From assembly GCA_040954595.2 (NCBI GenBank), contig CM082585.2:3192902-3256901 (forward strand): 64,000 nt of DNA. The letters run 5' to 3'. The stretch comes from Balanoglossus misakiensis (lineage: Eukaryota > Animalia > Hemichordata). How positions within the stretch are numbered: the first letter of the stretch is position 1; the number at the start of each line of letters is the position of its first letter. The notes under the pieces were generated by a model. The model had not been told where the DNA came from. It searched no databases and saw only the letters and a program-made list of their open reading frames with translations. This document shows positions 13,401-23,947 of this stretch, in pieces. Position numbers and translations under genes: made by a program.

Positions 13401-13831
13401 TTGTCGTCTTGAACAAAGTCTGGCTTTATTCCCGTTCTGGCGTTGAAGTCTCCACAGACAAAAAATTTACGGTCAGGATATTTGGCCATATTTTTAACCA
13501 ACTCATCCTCTAGAACGTGAAAACTGGACTCGTTGGAATACGTGCTTGAGTTTTGGGGCGAAAAGTAAACAATAGCGAAACAGAACTTCAGTTCGCCAGA
13601 TGTGAAAAGAAACCATACAATGTCGTCTGTTACATCACTGCATGACGTGGCGGTATTTTGACAACTGTGGGATCGATAAAATATGCTAATGCCTCCAGAT
13701 GGACGGCCCAGATGTTTACGCTTGGGACGGGTTTGGTGAAAATTCTCATAACCATCCAATTTAAATACACTATCAGGAGAATTCCAAGTTTCCGTCAGTA
13801 AAATAATGTCAAACGTTTTAATAAATGCCAT
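10472..13831 (-). CDS. LINE ORF2: APE endonuclease, reverse transcriptase and C-terminal Cys/His motif
   Basis: LTETW, GDFNAR, IDY, SDH (APE); KAPGIDG, NYRGITL, FIDFEKAFD, GVQQGSILSP, LFADD, YLG (RT); CIYC..EDEFHF...C. The frame stays open upstream to 13966 and includes WNVNG. Confidence 0.95.
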   Translation of the reverse strand: MAFIKTFDIILLTETWNSPDSVFKLDGYENFHQTRPKRKHLGRPSGGISIFYRSHSCQNTATSCSDVTDDIVWFLFTSGELKFCFAIVYFSPQNSSTYSNESSFHVLEDELVKNMAKYPDRKFFVCGDFNARTGIKPDFVQDDNRDDVFVNDTYLSCDQLPSPPPRFSNDCIVNSYGHLLLELCVNTGLRIVNGRLFRDEGIGHFTCIKHSGASVIDYVLSFFHNFDVFSDFNVLERPESDHLPIRFTLKGRSMHGGDINSGVMEPPTRRFWNNDFSHSFDQFWIGENFGVLSEEFHVYLNVENISAAAAVLVKMLENSTDCMQVKNKFSNHTGQRKKIWFDKDCNNTKRHVLKALRHYRNTKNQDSLNNYIASRKSYQSLLKDKKRNFVENEKDKLAIAATYPNSKSFWALFKTKTSFPSTNIKLDEWYAFFSKLFSESEPRGNTHGDSSFYDGVQLFLENLDTSPELDPGIEILDHEITMDELDSAISRLKVDKAPGIDGISPEIIKHSPLIFRQFLLQLYNKILITGLFPDQWVEGLIVPLYKKGCRDSVDNYRGITLLPTICKIYSDILYCRLLKWVELYYPLVEEQAGFRRHYSTIDNIFILNTIINRYMSLSGRLYCAFIDFEKAFDRINHYMLFYKLAKIGLQGKLFTVLRSMYDNVKACIHTPVGITDFFRCQLGVQQGSILSPLLFTLFVNDIGEALYHDFAGVHIANIKLFYLLFADDLSLFSTTAIGLQRLLNNLSMYATKWKLKVNTSKSKIVVFRHGGRLRSYEKWFLDGKKLEVVPHYNYLGVVLANFGLWNHAQRHLASKASMALFCIKQSLARFGDIDVNLAFKIFDCKILPILLYGSEIWGFHRGDQIEIVHNKFCRFILKLYKNAPTLAVKGELGRYPLRSNRLIRIINYWLRLLAMPVNRLPYKCYVFQYGEAEKNKTCWAHDVKMLLFSYGMGEAWVNQGVGNNVNFISLFKQRCHDLDVQNWHTSLRLFPKLDSYRKFKHIFRRELYFNMIEKSHFREALCRFRISAHALRIEADRRLRNNREDRTCIYCNGNEIEDEFHFCIVCPFYADLRVKYIPRYYYFMPTYDKFYLLMQSCNPSILRNLSKFVFFATKKRSEV

Positions 13832-13966
13832 GAAATCAGGATTTCCCCATTTGTTTTTTAACCCGTTTACGTTCCACAGAACAAATGATACATCCGTAGA
13901 AAGATTGACAGGACAACCAGATGTCGTTACCCTAGAATTACCAAATACAAGGCCTCGGCCTAAATC

Positions 13967-15019
13967 CTATCTTTTAGCAATTGACCTTATGTCTTTTTTA
14001 GCACTATCGTATACAAATACTTCGTTTTCTATGACAAGTTTGTTATACCGTAGTGTGGCTCTTTTACCCTCCTCCTTGGCTTTTGCGAGGTAGTGTCCCA
14101 ATTTTCTCCTGGTTTCGCGAACCAGAGGTGGAAAGTCTTCGGTTATCCTGTAGTTTGAACCCTGTAGTTTCTCGCGTGCAGCTTGAAGTGTTTGTTCCCT
14201 GTGCTTGTACTTCGTAAATTTAACTAGAACTGGTTGTGGTCGCGATCTTGTTCGTAGTCTATGCGCGCGATCAATTTCGATGTCGTTGTTGCTCAAGTCA
14301 AGTTCATCTGAAATAATTCCACGTACTTTGCGTTCACAGTCCGCCCAACTTTCTTCGTCGCTATCTTGGGAAATTCCATGAATCAGTAAATTGTTTCTGC
14401 GTAGTTGTCCTTCTTGCCTGTCTTGTTCTTGTTCCGTTCTCTGGAGTCTATTACGGAGTTCAATGTTTTCCGCTTCCAGGTCCGCTATTCGAGAATTTGC
14501 TTCTTGCAACTGCTTCTCAACATTATTCAACCCTTCTTTAATTTCCTTCGAGTCAGTATCCATTTTTGCTTCCATCTTACTGAATCTATCTTCAATGGAT
14601 AACTGAAGTGTGGTTATTTTGGAATCGATAAACGATTTCAGTTCATCAATCAAGCTGCCGTCGCCCTTGGCAGGAATGGTGTCACTGGCTTGTCCGGGTG
14701 CTTCGGCGGCGGCGATGGCGGAGCCGGCTGTAGAATTCGAAGGTGCCTTGTTTGCAGTTGTCTTATCATACATTGTTTCTGTCAATTTCGACTGCCTTGT
14801 ATTATATCCTGGTTCTTGTCGTTCTTTCGAGGACTTTGGGCCCGGATTAGTTTCGATATCGCCACACGTCAGCATGCATAATAATAAGGTGACACGTATA
14901 GCAAGACTCACGTGTAACTTGTCCGTTGGCAGGCCAGCTCGTTCTCCTAACCATTTGCCTTGTGTGGGTTGTAGAAAACAGCCAATTTTTTGACGCCACT
15001 GGTTCACAGACACGCCCAT
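13967..15019 (-). CDS. LINE ORF1: N-terminal 2A-like peptide, coiled coil and L1-ORF1p-like RNA-binding domain
   Basis: LLLCMLTCGDIETNPGP at aa 45-61; heptad region; RRNNLLIHGI, IDRAHRL, PQPVLVKF, RITEDFP. Confidence 0.9.
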   Translation of the reverse strand: MGVSVNQWRQKIGCFLQPTQGKWLGERAGLPTDKLHVSLAIRVTLLLCMLTCGDIETNPGPKSSKERQEPGYNTRQSKLTETMYDKTTANKAPSNSTAGSAIAAAEAPGQASDTIPAKGDGSLIDELKSFIDSKITTLQLSIEDRFSKMEAKMDTDSKEIKEGLNNVEKQLQEANSRIADLEAENIELRNRLQRTEQEQDRQEGQLRRNNLLIHGISQDSDEESWADCERKVRGIISDELDLSNNDIEIDRAHRLRTRSRPQPVLVKFTKYKHREQTLQAAREKLQGSNYRITEDFPPLVRETRRKLGHYLAKAKEEGKRATLRYNKLVIENEVFVYDSAKKDIRSIAKR

Positions 15020-16448
15020 AACGTATAGCCACGTCTTTAGGTAGACGTTTAGGTGCTATAAGGAAGGTTTTTGGCTACCAAAAACTGCAAGGGTCCAAGT
15101 TTATGGTGAAATTTTTACAGAGCGTTGTTGCGTGTGCTTCTCACCGAACGGCTTGAAGTGCGCCCTCCCCATGCCATGATAATTGTTAACAGCAGACAAA
15201 CCTTGCAATGATAAGCGGTAATTCCGTTGGCATATTGTGTCAAATCACATTTCCCACAACTGGTAATCAACTTGCTTCCGTCACCAGGGCCCTGTATTTA
15301 GTATAATGAAAAATACGCCTGACAAGTACCTGATTTGTCAAATTTGTGGAACTGTCTATATAATCGTGTGGTGTATAAAAATATTACTTGTCTTACAGAT
15401 TAGTTTCCTTTTAATACGAGACATATGTTGTGGTAGTGTTGAGATGTGAACCTATGGGGGTGTCATGGCATATCTCGCTTTTACATAAGTTATACAGAAA
15501 CATATAGACAGGCAAAAACTTAAGTCTTCATGCATGAATACCAGATTATCTGATAATCACCCAGTATTTCCAGAATCAACAGGTGATTTACACACCTGCA
15601 GATAGCTTTTGTTCGTTAGGCATAAGGCCGGGAAAAGAAATGCGATGCGAAATAATAACGAAAGGATGACTAGGTCTATCATTTTACGCACCATATCGAT
15701 ATCTTCGGAGAGGCGTCTGTCAAATATCCCAACACTTGAAAAACTGGTATCGGTCTTAAAGCACGCGGCGTACGTACTCGAATTTCGACCCCTTTCCTGC
15801 ACAAGACCAGCCCTGACGTTATTAACTTTGGCGAGCCGCTCTGAAGTATACTTCTCTGTTAATGCACATTCTGCGTAATAGATTCCGTCGTCGGCGTTCA
15901 CATCAACATTGCACTTTTCACCGTGAATAGCTGAACTTTTCTCCCCATCCTCTCCCTTCACCATGGCTCCACTCGCATGAAATCCATTGTCTGCATTAAC
16001 CATGGATCCACTCGCATGAAAAGATATCAACACAACAATTGTTGTGGCGGCAATTCGGTGAAATGACTGAGGTGATAAAACAGGAATTACTGACTTATGA
16101 GATTTTGTCGTCTTATAATATTTCAATGGTTTCATTATTATTAATCACATTATTCTGCTCGTTTCACATTTTTTTTTGTTAGACTTGCCATTGTTTATTA
16201 CCAGTATATATACCTCTTTGCTCACATCATGCCCATGATTAGTAAATACCTCATAATTATTTTGTGATTTGTCGCCTTATGAATTTACCAAAGGGTTTTA
16301 ATCTGATATCTCCGGGTCGAAAATACCACGTGATGAAAAAGTACACAATTGTTTACACAAGACAACTTCTTGTCTTATTTTTATTGACGTAACGTACTAA
16401 TGTATTCCCATGAAACTCAGTTTGAATTTAAAAGACAAATCAATTTCA

Positions 16449-18189
16449 TCAGTTAAGCAGGATTGCAGTAAAATTGCAGTAAAATAACCCCTCCCCAAAG
16501 TGAGGGAAGGCATACAAACAAGCGCCGTCGGGGATGGAGAAAGAAATTGGTTTGATCGGAACCCAGGAAAAAGGACCCGTGAATGCGTCGTGACATTCCG
16601 CTTGCTGAAAAGGAATATAATATCATTAGGAAAATGTTACATCAGGTTTAATCTCAAGAATAGATGAATTGATTGTGATTCTACACTATAGGAGATCCAC
16701 AACAGTTATGAAATAGTAAACCTCAATTATCAGCACATGTTTCCAGAACTCTAGAACTAGTAGACAAATTTAGTTCATATCGTCGAGCGGCCTGCAAAAC
16801 TGTTTAAGCAGGATATAGCATTGTGTAGCCCTGCGCACTGGTTTGTGTATGTAACGCCGGGAACACACAGACCTCTATGCAGGGCTAAACACTAATGTGA
16901 TGTCGCATATTTCAGCTATTTATATCACGACTGCATTCTATTTTTCCACTTCTGTTTGTTTAAACTACGACAACAGGGAAAAGCTAGAATTTCTATCCTA
17001 CCATTGTTATAAGGCAACACGCATTTTTGATTTTATATTGTTTTATTTTATATACATGTATTTATATCTTGTATTCATATCAAAGACAAAGCAGATTATA
17101 ATAATGGTTAACAGCAGACAAACCTTGCAATGATAAGCGGTAATTCCGTTGGCATACAGTATCACATCGCAGTGCGAACAACTGGAAATCAACTTGTTCC
17201 CGTCACCAGGACCCTGCATTTAATAGAATGGAAAATAAGTTAGACACGTACATTATATGTTTCAATTTTGTGAAACTTTTTATATAATCGTGTATTATTA
17301 AAAAAACATTACTTGATAATTCTGACAGATTAGATATCAATAATAGAAATTTATGCTATGTTGCGGTGTTGAGATATGAACCTTGGCGGGTTGTCGTGAT
17401 TAATCTCGCTTATACATAAGTCATACAGAAACAAAAAAAACGTAACCTAAGTCTGCAGTTATTAAGTCTACATAATTAGCTAATCACCTAGTACTTTCAG
17501 ACAGTCAATATGGGATTTACACATCTAAGGATAGCTTTTCATTAGTCGTAGGGACAAAAAATAAATTGATTTCGTAATCAAAATAAATGATGGATGGCTG
17601 TGGAAGAATTTACTCACCAGATCGATATCTCCGGAAAGGCGTCCGTCTAATAATATTCCAACAGCTGAAACACTAGTATCGTTCTTAATATCAACAGCGT
17701 ATACAAGAGAACTTCGACTTCTTTCCTGGACAAGACCAGCCCTGACGTCACTGACTTTGGCGAACAGCTCTAAGGGATATTCCTCTGTTAATTCACAGTC
17801 TGAGTAATTCAATCCGTCATCTGCGTTCACATCAATCTTGCATTTTTCGCCGTAGAAATATCGACTGGTCTCCCCATCCTCTCCCTTCATCACGGCTCCA
17901 CTCGCATGAAATCCATTGTCTGCATTAACCATGGATCCACTGGCATGAAACGATATCAACACTTGTTGCGGCGGAAAATCGTTGAAATGTCTCAGATGGT
18001 AAAAAACAGACAATGAGTAATATGCCGTGGTCACCTTATTAAAATGAGTGCATTTTCACAAAAACATGAACCTTGTAGCAAGACGACATATATCAGAATA
18101 TCAAACAGGGTGGTCTGTTCTGACCCAGCCTGCCCAAACTTAAAAAAAATGTGTGTACATGTAAGTGCAAATACCAGTCAACTTACCAT
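16449..18189 (-). pseudogene. Array gene A3, frameshifted in the signal-peptide region
   Basis: Exons 18189-18187, 17990-17618, 17213-17124, 16604-16449. A 5-nt deletion near 17962 shifts the frame, the exon 2 acceptor is GAG rather than CAG, and the C-terminus is altered (YCNFTAILLN). Confidence 0.72.
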
Positions 18190-19261
18190 TGTGTGCGTAT
18201 TACATTCGAATGAAAACATTGACAGCAAGGTTCACCTCAGCTATGTTGAAACTTCTTGATCCGTCACCTTATATAAACGCAAATAGTATTTATAAGGACC
18301 GAGCTATTTTTGTAGAAAATGTATTTATATTTATTTTCCTGTCTGTGGCGCCACAGTGGAGTATGCGCAAGTGCAAAACATTATTTCCATTGTGTCAGTG
18401 ACTGTAGTTCGGAAATGTAGTTCTGACCATGAGTCTGCGAACGCGCAAGTATCATTTCACCCAGCTTGCAATGTTAATAGTGTATCCACGCCCTCTTTAT
18501 TTACACCTCATCCCCCCCCCCCCCCACCTCCGTCAACACAGCCCGGATTTCCTATTCCCATTTCCAACATTTTTACCAGCCTTAAGCTGGCAAACACCAA
18601 CACTATAGGTGAAAGCAGCATAACCTTGTTATTTTCAGTTTTTGCAAGTGTACATTAAATTTGTCATCCCTATGACTGTATGTGGTTATACCCGGCATTG
18701 CTATGTACATCATAGATGTTTTGCATTCCCATAAAGGAATTGTATACAAAATAGTATTCACAAATTGCTGGTACGTATACTGAAATTAGATATACAATGG
18801 CTAGGTATTTTTGTTACACTTTGTTGCTTTTTATACCTTTGTAAAATGCATTCAAATGAAGATACGACACTCGGATATGCTGTAGCATAGACATTTCCTC
18901 AGCTTCAGAAACGTCAAATTGTTTCATTTTAATAGAAAAATAACTAGTACTATGCATCGTATTTGCAATATTATTAAATAGTTGTACAAAAACCACTCAA
19001 TGCTCTGGCGATTTTCCATTAAGGAAAATACAGTTATAACTGTGACAATATTTTCTAGGTGATCTTGTCGCTTCATGAATTTAGCAAAGGATTTTATTCT
19101 GATACCTCCGGTTCGAAAATAACACGTGGTGAAATATACACACTCGTTTACATCAGACAACTACTGTCTTCTTTTATTGGCGTAATTTTCAAATACATTT
19201 CTATGAAATGCACTACAGTTTGACTATTCCATGAACTTTAAAGACAATTCTATGACATAAA

Positions 19262-21137
19262 TCAGGCGGCATAGAAATCACAGTAAAATAACTCCTCACC
19301 GAAGCGAGGGATGGAATACAGACAAGCGCCGTCGGGGATGGAAAAAGAAACTGGTTTGATCGGAACCCAGGAAAAGGGACCCGAGAATGCGTCGTCACAT
19401 TCCGATTCCTGAAAAGGAATATGATATCGTTAATAGAGAAAAAGTTAGATCAGGTTTTATCTCAAGAACAGATGAATTGTTAGTGATTCTATAGGCGATC
19501 CACAACAGTTATAAAATATTAATCCTCACTTATCAGACCATGTTTCCAGGACTATAGAACTAGTAGACAAATTTAATTTATATCGTCCATTTAAGCAATA
19601 ACCCCCGCCGCAGACGGGTATACACGAGATTTTGGTACAATTCGAGACGTATAGCACGAGCCGTTAGGCGAGTGCTATATGGAGCGAATTGTACCCAAAT
19701 CGAGTGTATACCCGAATGAGGCGGGGGTTATTGCTATTATATTATTTTATATCAACAATTGATTTTGAGGCATATTGATATCATTTTCTTAACGAAATAG
19801 CGTCAGAAAAAAGAAGTTTACAAGTTACGAACGCGAATCAACATGGCGACGATGAATATAAACATGAGCGGCCGGGATCGAGCACTAAACATGAAGCAGA
19901 CGACAAAAAGTGACAAGACGGGCATCGCTCATGGCAAAAAGACAAATATTCCCACAGAGCAGTTCCAAAATAAAACGTCCGTTAATTCAACACTATTTTT
20001 ATTTTATTTATTTGGGTTAAACACGCGACTGTGGTTTAACCTCACATTTTTGCTGCCGCATGCTAGTTCAGGGGCCCGTAATAGCAGTGCTATATTGAGT
20101 ATTCTAGCATCGCTGGATTGAGCTCTCGTCCAATCAGAATGGAGGATGGTAGCATGATATAATATAATTTATATTGTACTGTTTTCAAAGACAAAGTGAA
20201 TAATAATAATGGTTCACAATACAAACCTTGCAATGATAAGCGGTGATTCCGTTGGCATACAGTATCACATCGCATTTCCCACAACTGGAAATCAACTTGC
20301 TTCCGTTACCAGGGCCCTGTATTTAATAGAATAAAAAAGTACATGATTTGTCAAATTTGTGGAACTTATAATATAACATTGTATTGATTTCAAACATCAC
20401 TTCTGCAATGATAAGCGGTAATTTCGTTGGCATACATAAGTCATACAGAAACGGAGACAAGCAAAAACCTAAGTCTGCATTAAGTTACGATTATCCGCTA
20501 ATCACCCAGTATTTCCAGAGTCATCAGGTGATTTACTCATCTGTCAGTTAGTCATAGAGCCGAGAAAAGAAATGTGATGAGTAATAAATATGTAAGTATA
20601 CGCACCAGATCAATATCATCGGAAAGGCTCTTGTCTGATATTGAAATAAGTGAATAACGGGTATCGTTTTTATAATCCATAGCGTATACAACAGAGCTTC
20701 GACCTCTTTCCTTGACGAGACCAGCCCTGACGTCGTTGATTTTGGTGAACAGCTCTGAAGGATACTCCTCTGTTAAATCACAGTCACAGTAATTCAATCC
20801 GTCATCTGTGTTCACATCAATCTTGCAGTTTAAACTGTTCTCCCCATCCTCTCCCTTCACCATGGATCCACTCGCATGAAACGATATCAACACAACTATT
20901 GTTGTGGCGGCAATTCGGTGAAATGACTGAGTTTGAAAAACAAATGTATTCAGTGACAATGAGATTATGCCGTTTAACCTTATAAAATGAGTGCATTTTC
21001 ACAAAATCATAAATCTTGTAGCAAGGCGACCTATATCAGAATATCAAACATGATGGCTTGTTCTGGCAAAGCCTGATTGAACACTAAGTACCATTTTAGG
21101 TACACATTATAAGTGCAATTTCTAGTAAACTTACCAT
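19262..21137 (-). CDS. Array gene A4, 186 aa
   Basis: Exons 21137-21135, 20926-20606, 20316-20227, 19408-19262; open frame, GT-AG. Confidence 0.8.
19591..20167. mobile_element. Non-autonomous insertion with a long terminal hairpin in intron 3 of A4
   Basis: Absent from the equivalent intron of A5 (cgtccattttatatt at about 22521). Imperfect palindrome of about 140 nt, gcaataacccccgcc..ggcgggggttattgc. No clear long TSD. Confidence 0.7.
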
Positions 21138-22197
21138 TGTCCGCATATTCCTCATGAATGCAAACATCGACAACAAGGTTCACCTCAGCTGTGTTGAAAC
21201 TTCTTGATCCGTCACCATATATAAATGCAAATTGTATTTATATAAATAAGTAAATGTATTTACATTTATTTCCCTGTCTGCATGTAAAACGTTAAACACG
21301 GTGGCGCCACAGTGGAATATGCGCAAGTGCAAAACATTATTTGCATTGTGTCAGTGACTGTAGTTCGTAAATGTTGTTCTGCCGATTAGTCTGCGCACGC
21401 GCAAGTAACATTTCACCCAGCTTGCAATGTTCATAGTGTATCCACACCACCTTTATTTACACCTCATTCCCCCCCCCCCCTCCCCGTCAACACAGCCCGG
21501 ATTTCCTATTCCCATTTCCAACATTTTTGCCAGCCTTAAGCTGGCAAACACCGACACTAGGTGAAAGCAGCATAACCTTTTTATTTTCAGTTTCTACAAG
21601 TGTACGTTAAATTTCTCATCCCTATGACTGTATGTGGTTATACCCGGCATTGCTATGTACATCATAGATGTTTTGCATTCCCATAAAGGAATTGTATACA
21701 AAATAGTATTCACAAATTGCTGGTACGTATACTGAAATTAGATATACAATGGCTAGGTATTTTTGTTACACTTTGTTGCTTTTTATACCTTTGTAAAATG
21801 CATTCAAATGAAGATACGATACTCGGATATGCTGTAGCATATACATTTCCTCACGTTCAGAAACGTCAAATTGTTTAATAGAAAGATAACTATGCATCGT
21901 ATTTGCAATATTATTATATAGTTGTACAAAAACCACTCAATGCTCTGGCGATTTTCCATGAAGGAAAATACAGTTATAACTGTGACAATGTTTTCTAGGT
22001 GATTTTGTCGCTTCATGAATTTAGCAAAGGGTTTTATTCTGATAAGGTTCGAAAATACCAAGTGATGAACTATACACACTCGTTAACATCAGACATCTAC
22101 TGTCTTCTTTTATTGGCGTAATTTTCAAATACATTTCTTTAAAGTGCACTACAGTTTGAGTATTCCATGACCTTTTAAGACAACTCTATGTCATAAA

Positions 22198-23850
22198 TCA
22201 GGCGGCATAGAAATCAATACAGTAAAAGAACTCCTCACCAAAGCGAGGGATGGAATACATACAAACGCCGTCGGGGATGGTAAAATAAACTGGTTTGATC
22301 GGAACCCAGGAAAAGGGACCCGAGAATACGTCGTGGCATTCCGATTCCTGAAAAGGAATATGATATCGTTAATAGAGAAAAAGTTAGATCAGGTTTAATC
22401 TCAAGAACAGATGAATTGTTAGTGATTCTATAGGCGATCCACAACAGTTATAAAATATTAATCCTCACTTATGACCATGTTTCCAGGAGTCTAGAACTAG
22501 TAGACAAATTTAATTTATATCGTCCATTTTATATTATACTGATTTCCAAGACAAAGTGGATTATAATAATGGTTCACAGTATACAAACCTTGCAATGATA
22601 AGCTGTAATTTCGTTGGCATACAGTGTCAAATCGCATTTCCCACAACTGGAAATCAACTTGCTTCCGTCACCAGGGCCCTGTATTTAATAAATTGAAAAG
22701 CACCCGATTTGTCAAATTTGTGGAACTTTCTATATAACATTGTATGAATTCAAAAACATTACTTCTGCAATGATAAGCGGTTATTCCGTTGACATACATA
22801 AGTCATACAGAAACAAATGCCAGTTACAGACAGGGAAAAAATTGCGAAAATATTTGCCTATGGTAAACACAGAGCATTAATCCTTCGAGTCGTAGTCCAC
22901 ACACACAATGTTTATGTAAAGGCGCTGATGCTCGGCCCCATAGTCAATGGGTTGCAGAGAGGTGTTAATCCTTACACCGGCTCAGGTCTGGCCGGCAAAG
23001 CCGTCTCAAATCTAAGACGTTTTATGACCACTTACACCGTCCACACTCGATTTTTAAGACGGTATCTGATCTGAGACGCTTCAGAACCGTCTTAATCGTG
23101 TATGTGTGTCTGTGTGACCCCCCCCCGTATAAGTCTGCACGGATTAACTTCAGATTATCCGCTAATCACCCAGTATTTCCAGAGTCAACAGGTAATTTAC
23201 ACATCTTCAGATAGCTTTTGTCAGTTAGTCTTAAGATCGGGAAAAGAAATGCGTTGGCGTAATAAATATGAAACGATACGCACCAGATCAATATCATCGG
23301 AAAGGCGCTTTTCTTGTATTGTAATAACTGAATAACGGGTATCGTTCTTGTAATCCTGAGCGTATACAATAGAGCTTCGACTTCTTTCCTGTACAAGACC
23401 AGCTCTGACGTCGTTGATTTTGGCGACCAGCTCTGCGGAACACTCTTCTGTTAAATCGCAGTCTCCGTAAGACAATCCGTCCTCTGTGTTTACATAAGCA
23501 TTGCATCTTTCGCTGTGACAATCTGGACTGTTCTCCTCATCCTCTCCCTTCACCACAGCTCCACTCGCATGAAATCCATTGTCTGCATTAACCATGGATC
23601 CACTCGCAATCAACACAACTATTGTTGCGGCGGAAAATCGTTGAAACATCTGAGATGGAAAACCAGATGTACTGACAATGAGTATATGCCGTCTTAACCT
23701 TATTAAAATGAGTGCATTTTCACAAAATCGTGAATCTTGTAGCAAGACGACATATATCAGGACATCAAACAGGGTGGTCAGTTCCGGCCCAGCATTCCCG
23801 AACTTCAATAATTTTTATATAAAGTGCAAATACTACAGCCAACTTACCAT
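22198..23850 (-). CDS. Array gene A5, 202 aa; promoter interrupted by a LINE
   Basis: Exons 23850-23848, 23649-23284, 22678-22589, 22347-22198; open frame. Confidence 0.75.
22817..23116. mobile_element. Second, inverted copy of the short element at 7164-7500, in intron 2 of A5
   Basis: Reverse-complement match, for example atttgcctatggtaaacacagagc and ctggccggcaaagccgtctcaaatctaag. Confidence 0.6.
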
Positions 23851-23947
23851 TGTGTGCGTATTACATACGAATCCTAACATCGACAGCAAGGTTCACCTCA
23901 GCTATGTTGACACTTCTTCACTCGCCACTTTATGTGCATTGTATATA

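Larger units (their letters stand above)
10328..15170 (-). mobile_element. Full-length APE-type non-LTR retrotransposon (RTEX-like), apparently intact
   Basis: 13-bp TSD atgccatgataat at 10315-10327 and 15171-15183. (ATT)n tail preceded by AATAAA. The paralogous empty site is visible in A1 at about 6954-6970. Two open ORFs. Clade is inferred. Confidence 0.93.
9682..16066 (-). pseudogene. Array gene A2: exons 2-4 intact, exon 1/promoter deleted, LINE in intron 3
   Basis: Exons 16066-15692, 15291-15202 and 9828-9682 are open with valid splice sites. No ATG|gtaag exon lies between 16066 and the next copy. Confidence 0.7.

Noticed and set aside
12168-14993. Plus-strand ORFs overlapping the intact LINE, and 5232-5801
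   Set aside because: They are antisense shadows of LINE ORF1/ORF2 with no independent motifs.
20403-20436. Short copy of the exon 3 3' end inside intron 2 of A4 (also about 22764 in A5) as an alternative exon
   Set aside because: It is only about 33 nt and has neither acceptor nor donor; it looks like a local duplication scar.
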